NCBI GenBank assembly: GCA_964510025.1
Contig: CAZDZV010000001.1
Span: 165,399 to 229,398, forward strand
Source of the DNA: an uncultured Methanosarcinales archaeon
Lineage (GTDB): Archaea > Nanobdellota > Nanobdellia > Woesearchaeales > DATDXC01
Length of the DNA: 64,000 nucleotides
Direction of reading: 5' to 3'
The notes beneath the pieces are model-generated. The model ran no database searches, had not been told where the DNA came from, and worked only from the letters and a program-made list of their open reading frames with translations. The position numbers were made by a program, and so were the translations under genes. Positions within the stretch are counted from its first letter, which is position 1; every line of letters begins with the position of its first letter. Of the stretch, positions 9,923 through 17,377 are shown one piece after another.

Positions 9923-12900
9923 TTACTCCAAACCATGCGTCCTGATCCTTGCAGTCAAATCCAACCAGGTTCTAAATCCAAGATAGTTATGCTGTACACC
10001 ACTAATAGGGCTGGGAGGAGCAGGCATATATTGAACATAGTGGTTATTTGCCGATGCATAACAACTTATAGATTCCCTATCCCATCCGACACCCCACCTA
10101 TCATTCATCAAATTAATATTGTAGGCCTCAACAGCTGAACAGATATCTGAATCGAAATGGGAATATTTGACCGAAAAAAATGTATTTTTGCCTTCATGCC
10201 TGCTGATATTAGTCTCCATTAATCCCTTTATTTCTTTATCCCCGTCCTTTAGTAAATATATTTTGTTAAAATCCTTTGTATATTTGATAAAATCCCAAGC
10301 ATCTTCCTGGGGATCATAGTGTGGCTGTGGTGGCTTTAGGGTATTCCTTATGAAGTCTATTATGCCTTTGAAGGGGTTCCTAATCCATATCAAAAACTTC
10401 TGCCATAGGTTTGGTTCATCTAAGTCTATTTCTTGGTTGCTGTATATAACGCTTTGAGTTTTCCTATTGTACCATGCTTTTGCAGGGTTGCAGGCTGAAT
10501 AGTTGCCATATATCCCTGTTTGTGGTTTGGATATTGCATTATCACAATCGTTGAGATTCATATCCGGAAACAGTAGGATGAAAGGAAAGTGCCGGTTATC
10601 ATTTAGCAAATTTATGGGCTGGTTTAAGGAGGTTCCGAAAGCGACTTTCTTGTTAGTTCCTTGATGATAGACAAGGACACACATCTTATTTACGCATTTA
10701 TCCTGATCAGCCGTATAAACAGAATTGTCATCACATTCAAAGATGTCCAGCTCATTATTATAGCCTTCTAAGAAGTTCCATGCCTTTGCCTCAATCGTAG
10801 TGTGCCTTTCATATTCAAAATAGTTCAGTGTATTTTGATAGCTGTCACAGAATAAGGTATAATTTTCCTCTGAGCCCTGTTTCTCCACCAGATCAAGGAG
10901 CTGGAGGGCTACTAATTTTGTCCTTGATGTCCAGGAGCCATTCTCACAAAAATGGTCTAAGGTCCAGTTCCCCGGATCTACACATCCTCCTAGCTCAGGA
11001 AGATAACACTGTTGGTTGGTATTATCACAGTAGCCACAGGTGTTTCTTTCTTTGCAGCCTGTATCAGGAATCTCGTACCATGCATATTTGAGCTCAAGCG
11101 GAATGCTCCATGATCCATCGCTGCATCTTCTCATCTCATCGCTGATATTATACGGCTCCTCTCTCGCAGGATAGCAGGTGCTGTTCCATACACAGTCCTC
11201 AGCAGCACTGCAGCACGCATCATCATCCTGGTCATCAAAATCAGGATTTTTATAGTAGTTATAGTGCTCTCCAGAGTCATCTCCGCAGCACTCCTGAATG
11301 CCAAAAGTCCGGTTGTATTCACCAAAGCCTGAATATTCTCCGCTCTTCGCCCAGAACCTTGTGTCGCTGTTATAATCTGCATTGAAGTGGCTTAGGTCAT
11401 CGCCGAATAAAGCTTCGCAGTACAAGGGATCTTCATCTGGATCAGTCCATTGGCCGTTTAAGCATATATGTCTCTTGCCGTCGAACGAATAAGTGCTGTT
11501 GGTATAGGTCTCATGAGGGGGGACGGTCGGCGGTGGATTGTTTGGCCCTGGCGGCTCTGGACAAGATATATCATTACAGAACACATCGCGGTAACATACA
11601 TCATCTGCAACACAGTCTAGCGGGTGGTTGCAGCATGCGTGATTAGATAGGGAAGAATCGGGAATGCAGCTGGCTGCACAGTCTGCGCCTGCAGATGCCT
11701 CGCACTGACTGCTGTTTGTCTGGCATACTACTGATTTATTATATTCATCCACATCATCTCCGCAGCATTCTGCAGAATCTGCCGCCTCCCCATCAATATT
11801 CCACCTATCTTGGCCCACCATACAATCGCAGACTATTTGTGAATAATCTGGCTCAATGAAGTATGAACCTTGGTCACAGGCGCCTATGCTTGAGCCTATC
11901 TCGCCATTACAGCTGTTGTCCAGCATATCATCACCGCAGCATGCGCCGGAAATGTTTAACCAACATCCGGTTTCGCCTTCTACATCACATACATCCTGGA
12001 TACCAGGTTCACCACATTCACATACTGAGGAACCTATAATCTCGATAGAATCATAATAGATAGGGGAGTCCTCGCCTGAAGGAGAATTTCCGTGAAGCAA
12101 AAATCTCCATTCATGGCTAGCAGTTGGATCTCCGAATGCATCGACCAAAGGAACAGTCATCACCTTTGTCAAGGTTTGCCACTGATTTTTGCCGGGCTCC
12201 TGCCATGAGTAGGTCCTTCCTACAATATCCCCTGAAATATCCTTCCAGTCGAAGTCTTTTAAGGTAACCCAGACACTGTGTTCCAGGGTGGTATTATACC
12301 TAACCTTAATTGTATAGGTGCTCCCCGGATTTAGAAATATGGGGGCTGAGGTAACTTCCTGGCGACCCCTGTTCTCTGTTTCCATTTTAACGCATTTTTC
12401 GCTATAACAGCCGCTATTCACAATTGTCTCGTAGTTCTGTGATTCATCGGCGCCGGTATCATCATAACTCTTGTGTTCCCAGTGATCAAAATCATCTTCA
12501 AAACCAGGGTTCTTTATCAGGTTTCTTCCATCGCCATCCACAACTTCACCTGCTGAGCAGCCCGTATATCCCGGACCGCAATAATATTCGGCAAAATCAT
12601 CGCCACAGCAGTTACCTGTATCAACGCCTGATTGGTATACAACCCAGTGATCAGGCCCCATGTAGCAGATACAGTCTGCTTCGTCTGCGTCCCAGTCTAC
12701 AGTATATATCGGGTTGCCGGGGTAACTTTTTGTGGTTGTTCCTAGGATATCATCCCACGCTGCTGCTCTTATGGATACAGTGCCTTCTGCACTACAAAAA
12801 GGCATTTCCGGCTGATCCTCGCTTCCTACCAGATGGGAACAGGTATTTGCATCCTCACAGGTTGCTGCTGTATACCAGTTGCCATCGTAGTGGACTTCCA

Positions 12901-12973
12901 CATAGGTATGTTCTGAAAAAGCCATAACTGAACATAGCACTCCCACCAAAATTAATGTACACAGCTTATTCAT
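9923..12973 (-). CDS. Cys-rich secreted protein (1016 aa) with CBM4/9-like carbohydrate-binding module
   Basis: Signal peptide MNKLCTLILVGVLCSVMAFS/E. NLIKNPGFEDDFDHWEH...IYYDSIEII matches the usual start and end of CBM_4_9-type modules. There are four copies of a CCGDD motif (NCCGDDFAEYY, ACCGDDMLDNS, ECCGDDVDEYN, ECCGDDSGEHYNYY). Confidence 0.8.
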   Translation of the reverse strand: MNKLCTLILVGVLCSVMAFSEHTYVEVHYDGNWYTAATCEDANTCSHLVGSEDQPEMPFCSAEGTVSIRAAAWDDILGTTTKSYPGNPIYTVDWDADEADCICYMGPDHWVVYQSGVDTGNCCGDDFAEYYCGPGYTGCSAGEVVDGDGRNLIKNPGFEDDFDHWEHKSYDDTGADESQNYETIVNSGCYSEKCVKMETENRGRQEVTSAPIFLNPGSTYTIKVRYNTTLEHSVWVTLKDFDWKDISGDIVGRTYSWQEPGKNQWQTLTKVMTVPLVDAFGDPTASHEWRFLLHGNSPSGEDSPIYYDSIEIIGSSVCECGEPGIQDVCDVEGETGCWLNISGACCGDDMLDNSCNGEIGSSIGACDQGSYFIEPDYSQIVCDCMVGQDRWNIDGEAADSAECCGDDVDEYNKSVVCQTNSSQCEASAGADCAASCIPDSSLSNHACCNHPLDCVADDVCYRDVFCNDISCPEPPGPNNPPPTVPPHETYTNSTYSFDGKRHICLNGQWTDPDEDPLYCEALFGDDLSHFNADYNSDTRFWAKSGEYSGFGEYNRTFGIQECCGDDSGEHYNYYKNPDFDDQDDDACCSAAEDCVWNSTCYPAREEPYNISDEMRRCSDGSWSIPLELKYAWYEIPDTGCKERNTCGYCDNTNQQCYLPELGGCVDPGNWTLDHFCENGSWTSRTKLVALQLLDLVEKQGSEENYTLFCDSYQNTLNYFEYERHTTIEAKAWNFLEGYNNELDIFECDDNSVYTADQDKCVNKMCVLVYHQGTNKKVAFGTSLNQPINLLNDNRHFPFILLFPDMNLNDCDNAISKPQTGIYGNYSACNPAKAWYNRKTQSVIYSNQEIDLDEPNLWQKFLIWIRNPFKGIIDFIRNTLKPPQPHYDPQEDAWDFIKYTKDFNKIYLLKDGDKEIKGLMETNISRHEGKNTFFSVKYSHFDSDICSAVEAYNINLMNDRWGVGWDRESISCYASANNHYVQYMPAPPSPISGVQHNYLGFRTWLDLTARIRTHGLE

Positions 12974-13107
12974 TTTTTCTTATCTTCCTGGATTTTTAAG
13001 GCTAAAGCTTCATGGATATATTCTATCAAGGTCTTATTCTGAAGAACAGCATTTAATTTCGCTTTCTTGTGCAATTCCTTATCTATATCAATGTTGATTC
13101 TGGTCAT
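12970..13107 (-). CDS. Small VapB/DUF2191-like ribbon-helix-helix protein, 45 aa
   Basis: Read by hand: ATG 13107..13105 gives MTRINIDIDKELHKKAKLNAVLQNKTLIEYIHEALALKIQEDKKK*. The N-terminal (T/R)xNIDIDxEL strand followed by two helices is the VapB-antitoxin-type RHH pattern. Its TGA overlaps the ATG of the 1016-aa gene (ATGA). Confidence 0.55.
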   Translation of the reverse strand: MTRINIDIDKELHKKAKLNAVLQNKTLIEYIHEALALKIQEDKKK

Positions 13108-13268
13108 TATAAGTTAACTAAGTTAATTTGCTTTGTTTAATAAGCAAAATAACTTTACTTAGTTATATATATTTAAGTATATAACTTATTATTCATTATA
13201 CTAGTATTTAAATATTCCGAATATTTAGCAGATAATCTGTGGAGGATTGAAAAATCATAGGGTATTTT

Positions 13269-14363
13269 TTGCCCGCCATCATCGGGCTTGGCGGGGCAAC
13301 AAGCTACGAGGATCTGAGATATGGCAGAATAAGCAACAAATGGGTAGTATTAGGGCTGGCCTATTCTTTCTTTATGTACATTATATTAATTGCATATTAC
13401 AGCATGAATAGCAGAATTTCCGGAACATACCTCATAGAGCTAGCTACTAATTTTATATTTGCTTTAGCAGTAGGCTTTGGATTATGGTATATTAGGGTAT
13501 GGACTGCTGGAGACGGCAAGCTTTTTATTGCATATGCTGCCCTACTGCCCTTATCTGTCTATACCAAAGGCTATCAGAAATATATACCTTGTTTTGTCTT
13601 TCTAACCAACATTTTTATATCTGCAGCAGCAATAATGGTCTTCTATGTCTTATTCAAGGCAGGATTGAGAAAATGCGCCCAGGTAGCCTTGACTTTTATT
13701 AGAGAATTTTTTAAGCTGAAAAATCTCCTTGAATCTGCGATAAGCTTATTCGCTATCTATTGGATTATTGATATCCTTTTTCATTTTTTACAGCTGGGAA
13801 ACAACCTTGTATTGAGAATATCATTTACTATATTCGCTTTTTCAGCGGTCAGGGCGAAATTTGGACCGAATACAGTATACGCTACTGCAGTTATCTCTGT
13901 GTTCAGATTATTTTTCGATGACTCTGTTTTCTCTGTCGGCTTCCTTACTAATTTTCTATTTCTGATATTTGTATGGAGATTATTCAGAAGCCTAGTCAGA
14001 GGAAGCCTCTCCAAATTGGCTGAAGATATTTTTTCAAAGGATGTTCCTGTGGATAAACTGGAGGAGGGCATGGTTTTAGGTGAAATACTGCGAGAAACCA
14101 GAGGGGGGTCGCAAACTATCAACTATGGGGGAAAAGCTTATGAAAAAACATCAAAAAATTTCCTTGACTTAGAAAATTTTCTGGATGAAGAACCTGAGGG
14201 CTTAACCAAGCGGCAGATAATGAAGCTTAAAAATATGGGGATCAAGGAGATAAAGGTGAGCCAGACGATCGCATTCGCCCCCTTTATCTTTCTTGGAGCT
14301 ATCCTAACTTTAATTGCAAAAGGAAACATTTTAATATTTATCCGAAACCTCTTTCAGCTATGA
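13269..14363 (+). CDS. A24-family aspartyl membrane peptidase (prepilin/preflagellin peptidase-like) with inserted soluble domain
   Basis: Polytopic membrane protein. The first Asp motif is SYEDLRYGRISN. The second catalytic motif, WTAGDGKLFIAYAALLP, matches G-x-G-D-x-K-L of PibD/FlaK-type enzymes. The terminal helix is AFAPFIFLGAIL. The start is a TTG, the only canonical start after the in-frame TGA at 13248. Confidence 0.7.
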   Translation: MPAIIGLGGATSYEDLRYGRISNKWVVLGLAYSFFMYIILIAYYSMNSRISGTYLIELATNFIFALAVGFGLWYIRVWTAGDGKLFIAYAALLPLSVYTKGYQKYIPCFVFLTNIFISAAAIMVFYVLFKAGLRKCAQVALTFIREFFKLKNLLESAISLFAIYWIIDILFHFLQLGNNLVLRISFTIFAFSAVRAKFGPNTVYATAVISVFRLFFDDSVFSVGFLTNFLFLIFVWRLFRSLVRGSLSKLAEDIFSKDVPVDKLEEGMVLGEILRETRGGSQTINYGGKAYEKTSKNFLDLENFLDEEPEGLTKRQIMKLKNMGIKEIKVSQTIAFAPFIFLGAILTLIAKGNILIFIRNLFQL

Positions 14364-14764
14364 AAGGTTTGAAGGTTAAGGGCAATTCTGCGGAAATTAG
14401 AGTGGATCCGAAGGTCTATCCGCTGGAGGCTGTTTATTCTGCAGCCTATGTTTTTTTGGATAAGGCGTATTTTATCCTTGATGGCGATCCTAAGAAGGAG
14501 ATTATCGTCAATCTTGAAGCAAAAGAAAAAAGCATGGGTGAGAAAGTAGCAAAAGAATTTCTTAATGAACTTATCAATTACGCTGATTACATAACGAGAG
14601 CCAAGCAGACAAAAAAACTCAGGGAGACAATCCTTCAAAGGGCGCTAATAACGAATGATCCACTTATGCTGGAGGATGATGTATCTGATGATTTTATAGA
14701 TGATCCTGAAGGTATTGCAATACCATGGGAGGAAAAGTATGGTAAGGATAAAGCTAAGCAATAA
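14360..14764 (+). CDS. HxsD-like small protein (His-Xaa-Ser system accessory protein candidate)
   Basis: ATGA overlap with the peptidase gene. IRVDPKVYPLEAVYSAAYVFLDKAYFILDG...EFLNELINYADYITRAKQTKKLRETILQRAL resembles my recollection of the HxsD family (TIGR03976, LLNDYxLRE-type motif). It is adjacent to HxsB-like and HxsA-like genes. The assignment is from memory and not searched. Confidence 0.4.
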   Translation: MKGLKVKGNSAEIRVDPKVYPLEAVYSAAYVFLDKAYFILDGDPKKEIIVNLEAKEKSMGEKVAKEFLNELINYADYITRAKQTKKLRETILQRALITNDPLMLEDDVSDDFIDDPEGIAIPWEEKYGKDKAKQ

Positions 14765-14930
14765 GTTATATAGGAAAAAAGCGGTTATTAAGGCACTAAA
14801 TGATTTCAAAGAAATTATGGACGGAAGAATACTGAATGAGGATATGGATATTGAAGTTCTTCCTAAAGAGCAAATAGAGAATTTAGACAAGGAATTCTGT
14901 AATTACGTTCTGGGTCTGATGAAAGGATAA
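14739..14930 (+). CDS. Second small HxsD-like/half-size paralog (63 aa)
   Basis: MVRIKLSNKLYRKKAVIKALNDFKEIMDGRILNEDMDIEVLPKEQIENLDKEFCNYVLGLMKG has the same layout as the preceding ORF: strand, then Y...A(V/I)..A...F, then a terminal EFxNyvL motif. It overlaps the upstream gene by 26 nt and ends 1 nt before the rSAM gene. Confidence 0.35.
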   Translation: MVRIKLSNKLYRKKAVIKALNDFKEIMDGRILNEDMDIEVLPKEQIENLDKEFCNYVLGLMKG

Positions 14931-14931
14931 A

Positions 14932-16293
14932 ATGGACTATGTGATGGCGAATTATCGGTCAAAAAGATTTGGCGATAAGTATTTCGTGACTACTGATCAT
15001 GGAAGCCACTGCATACTAAATGCCAAGGAATTCTCTAAATTGAAGCATAACAAGATGGATAGAAAATTGCTGGATAAACTGGAAAATAGCGAGGTTATCC
15101 TAAATACACAGAATATGGAAGAAGCCAGGGGATTGATGAGAAAAAGGTATAATTTCCTGTTCTCAGGGGCATCTTTGCATATCATAGTTGTAACATTGAG
15201 ATGCAATATGAACTGTATCTACTGCCATGCCAGTTCCAGAAATAAAAAGGAAGAAGGTTTTGATATGGATAAGGCGACAGCTGAAAAAACGGTAGATTTC
15301 ATAATGCAGGTGCCGCAACAGGATATCACGATAGAATTCCAGGGCGGCGAGCCCCTATTGAACTGGGAGGTTGTCAAGCATATAATTGAATACAGCCAGG
15401 AAAAGGCCAAGGCATTTGATAAGAACCTTATGCTCACTCTTGTGACAAACATGTCCTATATGGACGAAAATAAGATGGATTACCTGATAGATAAGGGGGT
15501 AGCGATATGCACATCTCTAGATGGCCCCAAGAAGCTGCATGACCATAACCGAGCATCATCAGGCAGCAACTATGAACAGGTGGTAAAGTGGATAAAGAGA
15601 TTCAATGAAGAATATAAAAAAAGAGCAATAGAGAACAGAAGGATAAATGCCCTAGTTACCTTGACCAAGGAAAGCCTGAAATACTGGAAGGAGATCATAG
15701 ATGAGTACTATCATTTGGGGCTGAGGAGCATACATCTTAGATTCCTCAACAAGCTGGGTGTTGCCAAGAAGGCATGGTCTTCAATCAATTACAGTGTCGA
15801 TGATTATCTTAGGTTCTGGAAAAAATCCGTTGATTATATAGATAAAATTGGAAACCAAGAATTTGAAGAAAGAATGGTAAAGATAATGGAAAACAAGATA
15901 GCCAAGCAGCATGACCCTAATTATCTAGATTTAAGAAGCCCCTGCGGTGCAGCTATTGGCCAGCTGGCATATCACCACAATGGCGACATATATACATGTG
16001 ATGAAGCAAGGATGATTGGTGAAGACCTTTTTTTGCTAGGAAATGTGAAAAAGGACAAATATAAGGATATAGTAACAAGTGATAAGGCATGTGCAACTGT
16101 AGCTGCTTCCATAAACGACCAGTATGTCTGCAATGATTGTGTCTACAAGCCTTATTGCGGCATATGCCCCGTCTGTAATTACGCGGAAACAGGCAGCGTC
16201 ATAGGAAGAATAAGCGAGTCAGCCAGATGTAAGATCTTTAAAGAACAGTTTGATTGGGTTGTGAAAGAAAGATTTATAAATAAGAAAAACTAG
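14932..16293 (+). CDS. Radical SAM/SPASM-domain maturase, HxsB-like
   Basis: CX3CX2C motif in VVTLRCNMNCIYCHAS, plus GGEPLL. The C-terminal auxiliary-cluster region is CGAAIGQLAYHHNGDIYTCDE...CNDCVYKPYCGICPVCNY (SPASM-type). An ~85-aa N-terminal extension precedes the cluster motif. It lies directly upstream of the His-Xaa-Ser repeat peptide gene. Confidence 0.75.
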   Translation: MDYVMANYRSKRFGDKYFVTTDHGSHCILNAKEFSKLKHNKMDRKLLDKLENSEVILNTQNMEEARGLMRKRYNFLFSGASLHIIVVTLRCNMNCIYCHASSRNKKEEGFDMDKATAEKTVDFIMQVPQQDITIEFQGGEPLLNWEVVKHIIEYSQEKAKAFDKNLMLTLVTNMSYMDENKMDYLIDKGVAICTSLDGPKKLHDHNRASSGSNYEQVVKWIKRFNEEYKKRAIENRRINALVTLTKESLKYWKEIIDEYYHLGLRSIHLRFLNKLGVAKKAWSSINYSVDDYLRFWKKSVDYIDKIGNQEFEERMVKIMENKIAKQHDPNYLDLRSPCGAAIGQLAYHHNGDIYTCDEARMIGEDLFLLGNVKKDKYKDIVTSDKACATVAASINDQYVCNDCVYKPYCGICPVCNYAETGSVIGRISESARCKIFKEQFDWVVKERFINKKN

Positions 16294-16304
16294 TATTAGA
16301 TAAA

Positions 16305-16613
16305 ATGAAGATTCCTAGGTTAAAGAAGAAGATAAGGTCTTTTCTTACAAAAGAGGATGGAAAGATAAGCAAGGAAGCTTTGCTGAAGACAGGGATTCTA
16401 CTAAGCGCTGCTGCCCTAGCTTCATTGAATGCTGCTGCAGATTGCCCAGCTGACAGTTCCCTCAGCCATAATGATCATTGCAATGACCTGAGCATAGGAT
16501 ATGACGAACCTAGTGCAGTTGCGACAGCAGGGCATAATCATGGACATGGGAGCCATGCGTCACATGCAAGCCATGGATCACACGGAAGTCATGGAAGCCA
16601 CAATAGCTGGTGA
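16305..16613 (+). CDS. His-Xaa-Ser repeat peptide (HxsA-like candidate precursor), 102 aa
   Basis: It has a basic N-terminus, a hydrophobic stretch (ALLKTGILLSAAALASLNAAA), two Cys, and the C-terminal HNHGHGSHASHASHGSHGSHGSHNSW. Seven H-x-S triplets lie at nt 16545-16607, encoded with mixed His (cat/cac) and Ser (agc/tca/agt) codons. Confidence 0.7.
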   Translation: MKIPRLKKKIRSFLTKEDGKISKEALLKTGILLSAAALASLNAAADCPADSSLSHNDHCNDLSIGYDEPSAVATAGHNHGHGSHASHASHGSHGSHGSHNSW

Positions 16614-17377
16614 ATATGTTAAAAAAAAGACAGATCTACGTATCCTTAATTGTTTTATTATTGATAGTTGGGGCTGTTTTTGTCATAACTAGAATAAAGG
16701 AAATTGAAAAACCAAAAAAACCTGAAACAGAGCAATTAAAAGACTGCACAGGGATCAATGACATATATCTTCATTGTATGAGCCTCATGGCTGCATCAGA
16801 TTCTTTTTGCCAAACAGAGGAATGGGCAGTTGATACCTACGAGCTTCAAAAAGATAGAGATTTTTGCCTTTATTTTAGAAAATATAAGGAAGCAATTATA
16901 AAAAAAGACAGAGAAGTTTGCTTAGAAATCCTAGACCTTGATAATTTTGACTCATATGACTGCTCAAAGGACGAATTTGGATGCCCTGACCAGCCACTAA
17001 ATTGTTACATAGCATTGTCCGAGGATGCATCTGTTTGTGATGAGTTAGATAGGATAATAATAAAGGGATTTACCCAAGAAGAAAAAAAGGATTACTGTAA
17101 TCTTGTGTTCGAGTTAGAAAAAGAGGAAAGACATTATGAAACTGATTTATTCAAAAATAGGAATAAAGATACACAAAAAATAATGACAATGATACAATCA
17201 ATAAGAAGAAAGGATCCGGCATTGTGTGTACATATGGATAAACACTCAAGAGATTTTGTAGCTTGTCATATCTATAGCAGCCTATATACCTATGGTTCGG
17301 GAAATATAGACCAAGACTTCTGCGACCAGTTCAAGGAATGTGATCCTAAAGAAGGCATGCTACAAATTGAAGATTAG
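16610..17377 (+). CDS. Membrane-anchored Cys-rich protein (255 aa)
   Basis: The GTG start overlaps the TGA of the peptide gene; an alternative ATG lies at 16616. The N-terminal anchor is IYVSLIVLLLIVGAVFVIT. The ectodomain has 14 Cys, mostly in D/F-x-C contexts. I recognise no family. Confidence 0.6.
   Translation: MNMLKKRQIYVSLIVLLLIVGAVFVITRIKEIEKPKKPETEQLKDCTGINDIYLHCMSLMAASDSFCQTEEWAVDTYELQKDRDFCLYFRKYKEAIIKKDREVCLEILDLDNFDSYDCSKDEFGCPDQPLNCYIALSEDASVCDELDRIIIKGFTQEEKKDYCNLVFELEKEERHYETDLFKNRNKDTQKIMTMIQSIRRKDPALCVHMDKHSRDFVACHIYSSLYTYGSGNIDQDFCDQFKECDPKEGMLQIED

Noticed and set aside
12424-12927. 167-aa plus-strand ORF, along with 9935-10138, 10828-11091, 11131-11382 and 11856-12056
   Set aside because: These are antisense or off-frame shadows within the 1016-aa CBM-containing gene, with no start context and no recognisable domains.
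12970-13107. Possibility that the VapB-like RHH marks a type II toxin-antitoxin module
   Set aside because: No PIN/VapC or other toxin ORF follows or precedes it. The overlapping downstream gene is a 1016-aa exported protein. I therefore treat it as a regulator, not a TA pair.
16545-16607. The His-Xaa-Ser coding repeat as a DNA microsatellite or assembly artefact
   Set aside because: The 9-nt units differ in synonymous positions (cat/cac; agc/tca/agt; gga/ggg/gcg/gca). The repeat is therefore conserved at amino-acid level rather than generated by slippage.
16501-16692. 63-aa plus-strand ORF overlapping the His-Xaa-Ser repeat in another frame (…MDMGAMRHMQAMDHTEVMEAT…)
   Set aside because: This is an alternative-frame reading of the His/Ser codon repeat. 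It spans the junction of two well-supported genes and has no independent start signals.
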